The translations under genes were made by a program, and so were the position numbers. DNA of 64,000 nucleotides from an uncultured Gemmatimonadaceae bacterium (GTDB lineage Bacteria > Gemmatimonadota > Gemmatimonadetes > Gemmatimonadales > Gemmatimonadaceae). The notes below the pieces were generated by a model. The model worked only from the letters and a program-made list of their open reading frames with translations, was not told where the DNA came from and ran no database searches. Location: assembly GCA_963817955.1 (NCBI GenBank), contig CAWFQK010000004.1, forward strand, positions 1,632,001 through 1,696,000, in the 5' to 3' direction. Position 1 is the first letter of the stretch, and each line of letters starts with the position of its first letter. Shown here one piece after another: positions 20,341-30,680 of the stretch.

Positions 20341-21594
20341 GTGACGACCGCCGTCGGTGAGGTAGAGAGAGCGCCCACTCTCGGCCACCGGGTAAACCGG
20401 CGGTGGTTGACACTCATCGGCGTAGTGGCCGTGCTCGCCATCGGCGGCCTGTGGTGGCGCTCACGCCCCGCCCCGGTCCGCTATGTCACCGCGCCCGTGA
20501 CGCGCGGCCCGATCATCCGCGGCGTCATCGCGACGGGCGCGGTGAACCCAGTGGTCACGGTACAGGTGGGCGCATTCGTATCAGGCACGATCCAGGCACT
20601 GTACTGCGACTACAACACTCAGGTGAAAGCGAATCAGTTGTGCGCCAAGATCGACCCGCGCACCTATCAGCAGACCGTCGACCAGAACGCCGCCGCGCTG
20701 GAGAGTGCGAGAGCGCAGCTCCAGAAGGATCAGGCCGCGCTCTCGTACGCAAGCATCAACTACGACCGCGACGCCCAACTCCTGGTCAAGGGCGTTGTCT
20801 CGCAGGACCAGGTCGACACCGACAAGAGCGCGCTTGGCCAGGCAAGGGCCGCGGTCGCGCTCGACGTCGCAACGATCGGCGAGCGCGTGGCCACGCTCAA
20901 GGTGGCGCAGGTCAACCTTCAGTACACCAACATCGTTTCCCCCGTCAATGGCACTGTCATCTCGCGCAACGTTGACGTGGGTCAGACGGTCGCGGCGAGC
21001 TTCCAGACGCCAATGCTGTTTCTCATAGGAAAGGATCTCACGCGCATGCAGGTGGACGCCAGCGTGAGTGAATCGGACATCGGCGCGGTGGCCGTGGGCC
21101 AGCAGGCGACGTTCACGGTCGAGGCGTATCCAAACCGCGAGTTCGTGGGGCGCATCACGCAGGTTCGCCGAGCTCCAATCACCGTGCAGAACGTGGTCAC
21201 GTACGATGTGGTGATTGCCGTCGACAACCCCGACCTGGTTCTGCTGCCGGGGATGACGGCAAACACGCGCATCGTGACAGCGCGCCGTGACGGCGTCCTG
21301 CGCATTCCACTCCAGGCCACGCGCTACACTCCCGGCGGCGTGGGAAAGGGGGGCGCCACACCCCAGCGCGCCGGAGCAAGTTCGCAGCATACCGTCTGGG
21401 TGCTCCGCGCCGGCCAAGCAGTCAAGGTGCCAGTGACCACCGGGTTGGACGACGGCACGCTCGTCGAGGTAGTCCGCGGCGACCTGGCTGTCGGTGAGCA
21501 GGTCATCACGGGCGAGGCCGGAACCGGAGCTGGAGCTGGAGCCAGAGCCGGGACGCGCCCGACGGCCCCCGGAACACCGACGCCGCGCTTGTAA
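20341..21594 (+). CDS. macA: MacA-like efflux periplasmic adaptor
   Basis: N-terminal TM, 'IVSPVNGTVISRNVDVGQTVAASFQTP', 'VSESDIG', 'LLPGMTA'; start inferred at GTG 20341. Confidence 0.88.
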   Translation: MTTAVGEVERAPTLGHRVNRRWLTLIGVVAVLAIGGLWWRSRPAPVRYVTAPVTRGPIIRGVIATGAVNPVVTVQVGAFVSGTIQALYCDYNTQVKANQLCAKIDPRTYQQTVDQNAAALESARAQLQKDQAALSYASINYDRDAQLLVKGVVSQDQVDTDKSALGQARAAVALDVATIGERVATLKVAQVNLQYTNIVSPVNGTVISRNVDVGQTVAASFQTPMLFLIGKDLTRMQVDASVSESDIGAVAVGQQATFTVEAYPNREFVGRITQVRRAPITVQNVVTYDVVIAVDNPDLVLLPGMTANTRIVTARRDGVLRIPLQATRYTPGGVGKGGATPQRAGASSQHTVWVLRAGQAVKVPVTTGLDDGTLVEVVRGDLAVGEQVITGEAGTGAGAGARAGTRPTAPGTPTPRL

Positions 21595-21627
21595 CGAAAC
21601 GTCGCCCACTCACCGATCGAGGAGCCA

Positions 21628-23712
21628 ATGGCACAACCGGTCATCGACGTCCGCGCGCTCACGAAGGTGTTCGCACTCGGCGGCACGGAGACCCGAGCGC
21701 TGGACGGCGTCACGCTCTCCGTGAGCCCCGGCGAGTTCATCGCTATCATGGGCGCGTCGGGGTCGGGCAAGTCAACGCTCATGAACATTCTGGGATGCCT
21801 CGATCGCCCCACGAGCGGGCAATACTTCCTCGAGGGCGTCGACATCGCGACGCTCGCCGAGCCGGCGCTGGCCGCCATCCGGAGCACCCGCATCGGATTT
21901 GTATTCCAGAACTTCAATCTGCTCCCGCGAACGAGCGCACTCGAGAACGTGCTGCTCCCGCTCTTCTACAGCGCGCCCCGCGGCGACGCGACCGTCCGGG
22001 CCCGCGGCGCGCTTGCCGCCCTCGGCCTGGCGAACCGCGAGGCCAACGCGCCGAGCCAGTTGTCGGGAGGACAGCAGCAGCGCGTCGCCATCGCCCGTGC
22101 CCTGATCAACGATCCGGCGATCCTGCTCGCCGACGAGCCGACAGGCAACCTCGACTCGAAGACCGCCGCGGACATCATGACCACGCTCCGCGCGCTCAAC
22201 CGCGAGCGGCGGCTGACCGTCGTACTCGTCACGCACGAGCCGGACATGGCGGCCTTCACCGACCGGATCGTCACGATGCGCGATGGCAAGATCGTCTCCG
22301 ACGTGCCCAACGTGGCGCAGGTGCCGGCCTCGGCGCCCGATGCGGAGGGCGTCGCCGCGCCGGCCATTCCGGCCCCGGCCGCTCCGTCCACCGCGACACC
22401 GCTCACCGCGTTCACGCGTATGGCACTGGTCGCCGCGTGGCGGGCGATCGCCCGGAACGGCATGCGCTCCGCGTTGACGATGCTCGGAATCTTCATCGGC
22501 GTCGCCGCACTCATCGCAATGGTGGCGGTCGGGCAAGGAGCCAACGCCGCCGTCAAGGCGCAGATCGAAGCGCTCGGTACCAATTTGCTCGTGGTCCAAC
22601 CCGGCGCGACGACCGCGGGCGGCGTGCGCGCCGGGTTCGGCAGCGCGTCGACACTCCGAACCACCGATGCCGACGCGATCAAAAAGGACGATCCCGCCGT
22701 GGCCGACGTCGCGTATCAGATCCGCCAGGTGGCCCAGGTGCAGAGCGGCGACCAGAACTGGTCCACGGGCATTCAGGGCGTGACGCCGAGCTATCTCTCC
22801 ATTCGGAACTGGCCGGTGGCCGCGGGCCGCGCGATCGACGATGAGGACATGCAGAACGGCGCGCGCGTGGCGCTGCTCGGGCAATCGGTGGTCAAGAATC
22901 TCTTCGGCGAACAATCCAACCCGATCGACGCCACAATTCTGATCAAGGGCGTTCCCCTCCAGGTGATCGGCGTGTTGTCGGCGAAGGGACAGACGGGATT
23001 CGGCCAGGATCAGGACGACGTCGTACTCATTCCCTTCTCCACCGCCGAACAGAAGGTGCTCGGCGTGTCGGCGCCCGCGACCAGCGGGACCGCCGCCGGC
23101 CAGACATACCCTGCGCCGCCGAATCCTTTCGGAATGCGGCCCAAGCTCACGGGCTACGTCAGCACCATCTACGTCCAGGCCGTCAGCACCGCCGCCATCC
23201 CGAATGCGCTGGCACAGGTCACGGCCACACTCAGACGGCAGCACGACATCCAGCCCGGCGCGGCGGACGACTTCGGCGTGCGGAACATGAGCGACATCAC
23301 GCAGGCCGCCGAGGGGAGCAGCCAGGTCATGGCAATGTTGCTCGCCACCGTCGCCTCGATCTCGCTGCTCGTCGGCGGTATCGGAATCATGAACATCCTG
23401 TTGGTGTCGGTCACGGAGCGTACCCGCGAGATCGGCATTCGTATGGCTGTCGGAGCACGCCGGCTTCAGGTACTGCTCCAGTTCCTCGTCGAATCGATTC
23501 TGCTCAGCGCCGGCGGCGGGGCTGCCGGCATCGTCATTGGCGTGGTGCTGTCGAAGGTGATCTCCGTCGTCGCGGGGTGGCCCACCGCCCTATCGCCTGT
23601 GGCGATCATCGGCGCGTTCTTCTTCTCTGCTGCCGTGGGGATCTTCTTCGGCTATCATCCCGCGCGCAAAGCATCGCGGCTCAATCCCATCGAGGCCCTG
23701 CGGTATGAGTGA
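21628..23712 (+). CDS. macB: MacB-like fused ABC ATPase-permease
   Basis: GASGSGKS, LSGGQQQR, LADEPTGNLD, 'GGIGIMNILLVSVTERTREIGIRMAVGA'. Confidence 0.93.
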   Translation: MAQPVIDVRALTKVFALGGTETRALDGVTLSVSPGEFIAIMGASGSGKSTLMNILGCLDRPTSGQYFLEGVDIATLAEPALAAIRSTRIGFVFQNFNLLPRTSALENVLLPLFYSAPRGDATVRARGALAALGLANREANAPSQLSGGQQQRVAIARALINDPAILLADEPTGNLDSKTAADIMTTLRALNRERRLTVVLVTHEPDMAAFTDRIVTMRDGKIVSDVPNVAQVPASAPDAEGVAAPAIPAPAAPSTATPLTAFTRMALVAAWRAIARNGMRSALTMLGIFIGVAALIAMVAVGQGANAAVKAQIEALGTNLLVVQPGATTAGGVRAGFGSASTLRTTDADAIKKDDPAVADVAYQIRQVAQVQSGDQNWSTGIQGVTPSYLSIRNWPVAAGRAIDDEDMQNGARVALLGQSVVKNLFGEQSNPIDATILIKGVPLQVIGVLSAKGQTGFGQDQDDVVLIPFSTAEQKVLGVSAPATSGTAAGQTYPAPPNPFGMRPKLTGYVSTIYVQAVSTAAIPNALAQVTATLRRQHDIQPGAADDFGVRNMSDITQAAEGSSQVMAMLLATVASISLLVGGIGIMNILLVSVTERTREIGIRMAVGARRLQVLLQFLVESILLSAGGGAAGIVIGVVLSKVISVVAGWPTALSPVAIIGAFFFSAAVGIFFGYHPARKASRLNPIEALRYE

Positions 23713-25210
23713 CGCGCGCTTCGCCCTGAATCGACATGTACGGCTCGCACTCGCCGCGGGTGCGCTGGTCGTACAATCGTGTCGAACGGGGCCGGATTTC
23801 GTGCCGCCCGCGCCTCCTGTCGCGCCACGCTACGCCGAGGCGATCGCCGCACTGCGTGCCCCGATCGACAGCGCGGGGCAGCACTTGGAGTTGGGGCAGA
23901 CGGTGCCGCTCCAGTGGTGGGAAGCGTTCAACTCTCCGGAGCTGAACGCGGTCGTGAGCCAGGCGGTCGCAAGCAGTCTGACACTCGCCTCCGCGCAGGC
24001 GAGCCTCGCCCAGGCCCGCGAAGTCTTGAACCAGGCGAGCGGTGGTCGCTATCCGAGCGTGGACGCCTCGGCGACCGCGGAGCGCCAGCAGAGCAGCGCC
24101 GGAGGCATCAGTGGCGCTCCGCGGCGGACAACGAACATCTTCTCAATCGGCGCGACGGTGAGCTATCCCATGGACCTGTTCGGGGGAATCCGCCGGTTCG
24201 TTGAAGAGCAGGCGGCGTTCGCCGAAGAAGCGCGGTACACTGTGGCGACGACATACCTCGCGGTGACGGGCAACGCCGTCGGCTTCGCCATCACACTCGC
24301 GTCGCTCCGGGCGCAGATCGAGGCGCTCAACGAGATCCTTGCATACGACCAGCAGAACCTCGATCTGGTCCAGGCCAAGTTCACTGCTGGCAAGGCAGCG
24401 CGGATCGACGTGCTGAGCGCACTGACGCAACTCGAGAGCGATCGCGCGCTTCTCCCTCCCGTGCAGCAACAGTTGGCGACCGCCAGCCACGCGCTGTCGG
24501 TACTCGTCGGACAGCTCCCGAGCGAGTGGTCGCCACCGCCGTTCGACCTCGCCAAGCTGGCGCTTCCGAGAGCACTGCCGGTGAGCATACCGTCCAACCT
24601 GGTACACCAGCGCCCCGACATTCTCGCAGCGGAAGCACGCCTTCACGCGTCCGGCGCGGCGATCGGCGTAGCCGGAGCGCAGCTGTACCCGAACATGACC
24701 ATCTCCGGTACCCTGGCGACACAGGCGGCGTCGACCTCAGGACTCTTCAAGGGGTCGAGCATTCTCTGGAACCTGATCGACGGGACCACGGCGCCGATCT
24801 TCCATGGCGGTGCGCTACGCGCCCAGGAGCGAGCCGCCGTCGACGCCTATGACGCCACGCTCGCGGTTTATCGTCAGACCACGCTCGCCGCCTTCCAGCA
24901 GGTTGCGGACGTTCTGAACACATTGGCGTTCGACAGACAGCTCGCAGACGCGCAGTCGCGGACACTCGCCACCTCGCGAGAGCTGTTGGGCCTTCAGCGG
25001 ATAAGCTACGACGCGGGCAAGTCGAACATCCTGCAGCTCATCGACGCACAGCGCAGCTACCAGCAGTCGCGCCTGGCGCAGACGCGGGCCTTGGCCTCAG
25101 TCTACCAGGACGTCGCGCAATTGGCGGTCGCCATGGGGGGCGGCTGGTGGCAAGCCTCGGACGCCGACCTGCGCGACTGGGGGAGCGGCGAACCGCCGGG
25201 GCAGCCATAA
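23705..25210 (+). CDS. NodT/TolC-family outer membrane efflux lipoprotein
   Basis: Lipobox 'VQSC', 'WWEAFNSPELN', 'QRPDILAAEARL', 'AMGGGWW'. Confidence 0.92.
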   Translation: MSDARFALNRHVRLALAAGALVVQSCRTGPDFVPPAPPVAPRYAEAIAALRAPIDSAGQHLELGQTVPLQWWEAFNSPELNAVVSQAVASSLTLASAQASLAQAREVLNQASGGRYPSVDASATAERQQSSAGGISGAPRRTTNIFSIGATVSYPMDLFGGIRRFVEEQAAFAEEARYTVATTYLAVTGNAVGFAITLASLRAQIEALNEILAYDQQNLDLVQAKFTAGKAARIDVLSALTQLESDRALLPPVQQQLATASHALSVLVGQLPSEWSPPPFDLAKLALPRALPVSIPSNLVHQRPDILAAEARLHASGAAIGVAGAQLYPNMTISGTLATQAASTSGLFKGSSILWNLIDGTTAPIFHGGALRAQERAAVDAYDATLAVYRQTTLAAFQQVADVLNTLAFDRQLADAQSRTLATSRELLGLQRISYDAGKSNILQLIDAQRSYQQSRLAQTRALASVYQDVAQLAVAMGGGWWQASDADLRDWGSGEPPGQP

Positions 25211-25293
25211 GGACGCCAGTATGCCGCCGGCGGCCGACTCGTGTCGTACTTTCAAACACTTACCGACGCGCTGGAGCGAGAGCCGCCTCGTCG

Positions 25294-27768
25294 TCAATCG
25301 GCCTTCAGTGAATCGGCTGGATTCGCGCGGGCCGCGTGCCGCGCCGGGATCCACATCGCGACCGCCGCGACCGCGAGCACGCTCGTCGCCGCTACGGCGA
25401 TCATCGACGGATCGCGCGGCGTCACCTCGAACGTCAGGCTTCCGAGCAGTCTCGAGAACGCGACGAAGACGAGGACGCCCGCGGCGGCGCCAGCGATGGC
25501 GATGCTCGCGCCTTCGCGCAGCACCAGCCATGGCGCCGAGGCGGGATCGAAACCGACGGCGATGCGAATGCTGATCTCGCGCGCGCGTAGCGCGACGACG
25601 TATGCGATCGCGCCGTACAATCCGACGATACCAAGCACCAGCGTGGCCGCGGCACCGACACCGAGCATGATGAGCGCAAACGTCATGCTGGCGCGCGAGT
25701 CGGCCACGGTCTGTTCCATGCTCGCCGGCCGGTGGAACGGGAGATTGGGGTCGAGCGCGCGCAGCTCTCGACGCAGCGCATTCGCGATCTCGGGAACAGG
25801 CGTTCGTGTTCGCACGACGAAGGCCAGGTCGCGTGTCGTCGTCTTGGCGGTCGTATCTCCATTCGGCTCCGCCGGGAAATAGACCTCGGGCACCGCGGGC
25901 AGCGTGAGCGTCGAATCGCGTACGTCGCCGACGACGCCGACGATCGTGAACCACGGTCCAGTCGCCGACGAGCGAATGCGCTTCCCCACTCCGGTGCGCC
26001 CCGTCTGGTCGTGCCACACCTGCTCGACATACTTCCGGCTTGCCACTGCCTCGAGCGCACCTCGGCGCACATTCGCGTCGTCGTAGGTCCGTCCGGCGAT
26101 GAGTGGAATGCGCATTGTCTCGAAGTAGCCGCTCGACGTGGACGTCGCCTGCACGATTGGGGGCAGGTCGGTGTTCGACGTTCGCCCGTCATCACCCCAG
26201 ACGGTCACGCGATACGGAAAGCCTTCGATCTCGAGTGGCAGCTTCGCCGTCGTCGCCACCGAGGCAACGCCAGGCAATTGACGGAAGCGAGCAATCGCGT
26301 TGCGGTAGAAGGCAGCGGCATCCTCGTCGTGTCGATAAGACGCACCAGGGAGAAACGTCCAGAAGGTGAACACGTTGGACGCCTCGAATCCTGGACTCAC
26401 GTGACGCAACCGCAGCATGCTGCGTCCGAGAATGCCGGAACCCGCGAGCAGCGCAAGCGACATCGCGACCTCGACGCCGACGAACACCGCACGTAGCCGG
26501 CGTGCCGAGCGGGAGTCGGTCGCCGTGCGGCCGGCGTCGCGTAGCACGGACATAGTTGCATGGCCGCGCCCGCGCAGCACGCCGATGAGCGCTGTCACCA
26601 GCCCGAAGGACACCAGGAACAGCGCCGCGATACCAACGACTGGTGCATCGATGCGCACTTCGTCGAGCCGCGGCACGCCCACGGGCGCGATTCGCACGAG
26701 CAAGTGCAACGCGAACCATGCGATGATGAGACCGAGCACAGTGCCAGCGGTCGCGACGAGTCCACCCTCGAGCAGCAGATCGCGCCACACGGTTCCGGCC
26801 GACGCGCCGAGCGCGCGGCGCACGGTGAGCTCGCGCTGACGCCACTCGGTTCGCACGAGCACGAGCGACGCGACGTTGCTGAACGCGACGACGACGAGCA
26901 GCCCGACGACGGCCGCCGTCATCCACAGAATGCGATCGAACCCGGCGATGACGTCATCGCGCATGGCGTGCAGCACGGGTGCGATGCGCGTCTTCCGCAT
27001 GACCATCGCCGTCGCTACGCCCGGCGCCTGCTCCGGAAAACGCTCGGCTGCACGTCCGAGAATGTGAGTGAGCTCGAGGCGTGCGGCCTCGATGGAGACG
27101 CCGGGTCGCAGGCGTCCGATACCGTCGAAGCCGAAAGTGCCGAGATAGAGCGGGTTCGTCGCGTCGAGTGGAATCCACACGGGCGTGCGCGACTCGGGAA
27201 ACGCAAAGGCGTCGGGCATGACGCCGACGATCGCTCGCTGCACGCCGTTGATGTTGATGGGTTTCCTGAGGATCGCAGGATCGCCGGCAAAATGCGATCG
27301 CCACAAGCGTTCGCTAATGAGTGCGACACCGGGCGCCCCCTTGGCTGCGTCAGCGTCGACGAGAAGGCGGCCGATCATGGGACGCACGCCGAGCACGCCG
27401 AACACAGTGGGCGTCGTCCAGGCGGCCCGTACGCGCTCGGGCGCGACGTCGCTTCCAGTATAATTGAGCGTTGCCGCGAGCGTGACGAAGACGCCCGTGG
27501 CTTCGAAGCTCCTGGTGCTCTCGCGATAGAGGGCGTACGTGCCGAGCGATTGCTTGGCCACCGGGATATCCACGCCTGGTAGCGTGTGCCACATGCCGAC
27601 GAGCCGATCCGCGCGCACATACGGCAGCGGACGCAGAATCACGGCGTTCACCAGGGCAAAGACGGAACACGCGGCGGCGACTGCCAACGCGATCGTCGTG
27701 AGGCTCGCCGCGGTGTAGGTGCGGGCGCGAGCGAGCGACCGCGCGGCGAAGCGAATCTGTTCACGCAT
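25294..27768 (-). CDS. Duplicated MacB/FtsX-type ABC permease (ADOP-like)
   Basis: Two MacB-PCD/FtsX halves; 'RQRELTVRRALGA' and 'RAREISIRIAVG'; no cognate ATPase nearby. Confidence 0.9.
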   Translation of the reverse strand: MREQIRFAARSLARARTYTAASLTTIALAVAAACSVFALVNAVILRPLPYVRADRLVGMWHTLPGVDIPVAKQSLGTYALYRESTRSFEATGVFVTLAATLNYTGSDVAPERVRAAWTTPTVFGVLGVRPMIGRLLVDADAAKGAPGVALISERLWRSHFAGDPAILRKPININGVQRAIVGVMPDAFAFPESRTPVWIPLDATNPLYLGTFGFDGIGRLRPGVSIEAARLELTHILGRAAERFPEQAPGVATAMVMRKTRIAPVLHAMRDDVIAGFDRILWMTAAVVGLLVVVAFSNVASLVLVRTEWRQRELTVRRALGASAGTVWRDLLLEGGLVATAGTVLGLIIAWFALHLLVRIAPVGVPRLDEVRIDAPVVGIAALFLVSFGLVTALIGVLRGRGHATMSVLRDAGRTATDSRSARRLRAVFVGVEVAMSLALLAGSGILGRSMLRLRHVSPGFEASNVFTFWTFLPGASYRHDEDAAAFYRNAIARFRQLPGVASVATTAKLPLEIEGFPYRVTVWGDDGRTSNTDLPPIVQATSTSSGYFETMRIPLIAGRTYDDANVRRGALEAVASRKYVEQVWHDQTGRTGVGKRIRSSATGPWFTIVGVVGDVRDSTLTLPAVPEVYFPAEPNGDTTAKTTTRDLAFVVRTRTPVPEIANALRRELRALDPNLPFHRPASMEQTVADSRASMTFALIMLGVGAAATLVLGIVGLYGAIAYVVALRAREISIRIAVGFDPASAPWLVLREGASIAIAGAAAGVLVFVAFSRLLGSLTFEVTPRDPSMIAVAATSVLAVAAVAMWIPARHAARANPADSLKAD

Positions 27769-27834
27769 GACGCCCTCTTACCTTCGTGCCGTTGGTGGAC
27801 GGTGGGGACAGCGTCGTGTAGTAGTCCCCTCGCG

Positions 27835-28167
27835 TCAGGAGGTTCCGCTCTTGACGTGACTCCGGACGTTGAGTGGGCGGATGCGCTGGATATTCTTCGC
27901 GTCCGCCGAGTGCTGCACGTAGTAGATATCCCACACGAGCTGCGCGTTGAGCCACGACTGGCCGCTCGCACCGAACAGACGCTCAAGGCGGAGTGCCGTA
28001 TCGGGCGTAACGCCCCTCTTTCCCTTGACGATCTCGTTCACGCGATTGAGCGGGACCTCGATGCGCTTGGCCAGCTCGACCTGCGTCATGGAGAGCGGCT
28101 TCAGGTAATCCTCCAGGAGAATCTCCCCTGGGTGCGCCGGTGGCTCGTGCGTAGGAATACGGACCAT
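27835..28167 (-). CDS. higA: HigA/VapI-family antitoxin, orphan
   Basis: 'HPGEILLEDYLKPLSMTQVELA..RVNEIVKGKRGVTPDTALRL..WLNAQ'; RBS GAGG. Confidence 0.9.
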   Translation of the reverse strand: MVRIPTHEPPAHPGEILLEDYLKPLSMTQVELAKRIEVPLNRVNEIVKGKRGVTPDTALRLERLFGASGQSWLNAQLVWDIYYVQHSADAKNIQRIRPLNVRSHVKSGTS

Positions 28168-28190
28168 GATGTCCTCGCCATGCAATTAGA

Positions 28191-28267
28191 TACCCATGGA
28201 ATGAGCACTACCCTAGCTGTCGGACTACCCCGTGCGTTGAGCTTACCCCTAAAACACCTGCCTACCC
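28191..28267. repeat. Five TACCC motifs with about 18-bp periodicity
   Basis: TACCC at 28191, 28209, 28226, 28244 and 28263, just upstream of higA. Confidence 0.55.
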
Positions 28268-28432
28268 GGTTCCCCGTCAACCATGGAACGCATGAAGCGT
28301 TGTGGGGCGTTGACCCCATCTTCACCACCCCGATCACCGGACTGACGTCGAGCATCTGGAGCGCATGGTTCAACGCTCCCGGCGATCCTCGACACGTCAT
28401 CGGAGACTGTTTACGTTGCGGTAAGAGGCGCG

Positions 28433-28867
28433 ATGTCCACGCCCGAGGTTCCATCGGGCGGCGCCAGCGGATCACCGAGAGGTACGAGGGTTTATCCCGA
28501 TGCACGAATGACGCGGTCGCATCACGCGTTTCTTGATAGACGTCCCTTGACTGAACTGATAGAGGCGCGGCAAACGAACGCAGAGTCGCGCTTGGTCGAG
28601 GCGATGCGCGAGCTCGCCGCGCTGCTCGAGAAGGAAGCGAGCAGCTTAGAGTGTGGACGACCGTCTGCCAGCTTGCTTGCAGTCGACCAGTTTCCGATTC
28701 GCTCGCTCGCCATGCGCATCGAAATGTGGCGCTCTGAAATGGTGCTGAGCTCGCGGCTGGGCACGGCCCTCTCGCGCGACTCCAAGGAGCGCCCTCGAAC
28801 GGCGCACACCGCCAACGGTTCGCCGATCGCAACCGTCATTCCGCCAGATCCAGGCGGAGCGATGTGA
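28433..28867 (+). CDS. Hypothetical protein
   Basis: ATG after AAGAGG; helical-looking sequence with no recognisable motif. Confidence 0.35.
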   Translation: MSTPEVPSGGASGSPRGTRVYPDARMTRSHHAFLDRRPLTELIEARQTNAESRLVEAMRELAALLEKEASSLECGRPSASLLAVDQFPIRSLAMRIEMWRSEMVLSSRLGTALSRDSKERPRTAHTANGSPIATVIPPDPGGAM

Positions 28868-29051
28868 AGTGATCGCACCGCTCGCCGTTCAGCGATCCGC
28901 CGATAGCTTTGCGCAGTCGACAACGACGGACCTGCGCGCAAGACATTGACGCGAACCGCGCGACGAGGTCTCCGTGTGCGACATGTGGGATCGTTGTAGG
29001 TGGCGCAGCGACGTACTTGCTCCTTCACGCCGGAACCCGTATTCTCCGAGT

Positions 29052-29279
29052 ATGGACTTTCGCGGCAGAATCACGATCGAGCCAGGCAAGCGGAGCGGCC
29101 AGCCGTGTATTCGCGGACTCCGCATCACCGTCGCAGATGTTCTCGACTATCTGGCGGGCGGCATGAGTGAGGATGACATTCTCACCGATTTTCCCGACCT
29201 CGAGCGTGAGGATATCCGGGCGGCTCTGGCCTTTGCGGCGGATCGCGAGCGCCGGCTTCGGGGCGACACCGCGGCGTGA
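29052..29279 (+). CDS. DUF433 antitoxin (VapB45-like)
   Basis: 'RITIEPGKRSGQPCIRGLRITVADVLDYLAGGMSEDDILTDFPDLEREDIRAAL'. Confidence 0.93.
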   Translation: MDFRGRITIEPGKRSGQPCIRGLRITVADVLDYLAGGMSEDDILTDFPDLEREDIRAALAFAADRERRLRGDTAA

Positions 29280-29635
29280 GCAGCTCGGGCTCTCCGCGCC
29301 TTCTCCTCGACCAGAATCTCGCCGCGAGCTTGGTCCGCCGTCTCTCCGACCTCTATCCCGAGTCGGCACACGTGCGTGAGATGGGCTTGGCCAGCGCCGA
29401 CGACGAAACGATCTGGAATGTCGCCGCCGCGAACGGGTACGTGATTGTCACTAAGGACGATGACTTCAGACAACGGAGCCTCCTGCGTGGCCCGCCGCCG
29501 TACGTTGTCTGGGTGCGCTTGGGCAACTGCCGGACTGCCGAAGTCGAAGCGTTGCTTCGCGGTCGCGTTATCGATGTGCGTGCGCTCGTTGCGGACCCCG
29601 ATGCAACCCTGCTCATCCTTTCGCATCTTCCCTGA
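29276..29635 (+). CDS. DUF5615 PIN-like toxin (VapC45-like)
   Basis: 'RLLLDQNL', 'ADDETIW', 'IVTKDDDF', 'PPYVVWVRLGN'; GTGA overlap with DUF433. Confidence 0.92.
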   Translation: MSSSGSPRLLLDQNLAASLVRRLSDLYPESAHVREMGLASADDETIWNVAAANGYVIVTKDDDFRQRSLLRGPPPYVVWVRLGNCRTAEVEALLRGRVIDVRALVADPDATLLILSHLP

Positions 29636-29716
29636 CTGCACGTCGAATTCTTGCGTCTCTGTTCGCTAGAAGATATGACTGGGCTGGTGACGTTCGGCTG
29701 ACCTCGTGAGGTCTCT

Positions 29717-29815
29717 ATTCACCTGAGGATCGAACTTGAGCGCGAAGAGGACGGGCGGTGGATCGCACGGGGTGAACGCGGGGCGGTCGGTGTGGCACGA
29801 CGCGGGTGGCTGTAG
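29717..29815 (+). pseudogene. HicB-family antitoxin N-terminal remnant
   Basis: Reads IHLRIELEREEDGRWIA and then loses similarity; GAGGT RBS precedes ATT rather than ATG. Confidence 0.65.
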
Positions 29816-29842
29816 CCCAGCCGCTTCGTGCGGCCGCAACAG

Positions 29843-30580
29843 TCACGCCCGCTCTGATAGACGAGCCTTGGGCAATGAAGAAGAAGCGCTCGAGCCAGGC
29901 TCGCCATCACGGATGCCGAGATAGCTCAAAACGAGTCGCGTCACCTCCGCTACGAGCTCGGCGTGCGTGAGAGACGGTTGGCTTGGGATGTCGTTGAACA
30001 GCAGCCGCTCCTGAAGAATCGACGCCGCGGCGGACAGCGCGAACGGTACGGCGATCTCGGGATGCCGATGGGCGATGTCGGACGCGTGCGATTCGAACAG
30101 ACGCTGGAGATCCGCGTACGTGCCCGCGTTGAGCGCCGCGGCGCGCTTGCGGAAATCGGCGTCGGGATGCGTGCGGGCGTACAGCACGAGCGCGCGGAGC
30201 AATGGACGGTGCAATCGATAGCCCTCCGCGATTCCGGTGACGAGCGAGGCGGCGAGCTGCCGGAGCGTGGCCCGCTGGAGCTTTCCGGTCGCCAGGGCTC
30301 GGGCATTCGTCGCCGCGACGCGCTCGAAGTAGCGCGTGTACACGGCGCGCAGGACCGCGTCCTTGTCACGAAACCGCCGATAGACGATGCCGAGCGAGAC
30401 GCCGGCACGATCGGCGATCGCCCGCAGCGTCGCCGCGTCGGCGCCGCCTTCGCGCAACAGCTCCTCGGCTGCCTCGAGCAGACTCTCGGTCGTGGCCTGG
30501 CTACGCTCCTGCTGCGCGGGCAGGGGCTGGTCGAGCAGATGTGACGCGCGGGCGGACCGCGACGGTTTGGACGGAGCCAT
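29843..30580 (-). CDS. TetR/AcrR-family regulator
   Basis: 'QQERSQATTESLLEAAEELLREGG..TLRAIADRAGVSLGIVYRRFRDKDAVL'. Confidence 0.93.
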   Translation of the reverse strand: MAPSKPSRSARASHLLDQPLPAQQERSQATTESLLEAAEELLREGGADAATLRAIADRAGVSLGIVYRRFRDKDAVLRAVYTRYFERVAATNARALATGKLQRATLRQLAASLVTGIAEGYRLHRPLLRALVLYARTHPDADFRKRAAALNAGTYADLQRLFESHASDIAHRHPEIAVPFALSAAASILQERLLFNDIPSQPSLTHAELVAEVTRLVLSYLGIRDGEPGSSASSSLPKARLSERA

Positions 30581-30593
30581 TGACAGGAAATTA

Positions 30594-30635
30594 ACGTGAT
30601 CGTATGATCACATATACGTGATCGCTCGATCACAT
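30594..30635. promoter_or_regulatory. Twin TetR-type operators
   Basis: GTGATC-N4-GATCAC at 30596-30611 and 30618-30633, 22 bp apart, between the divergent tetR and protease genes. Confidence 0.8.
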
Positions 30636-30680
30636 CATAGCACGCGCACCCGCGTTCGTCCATCGCTCGAGGATCTTCCC

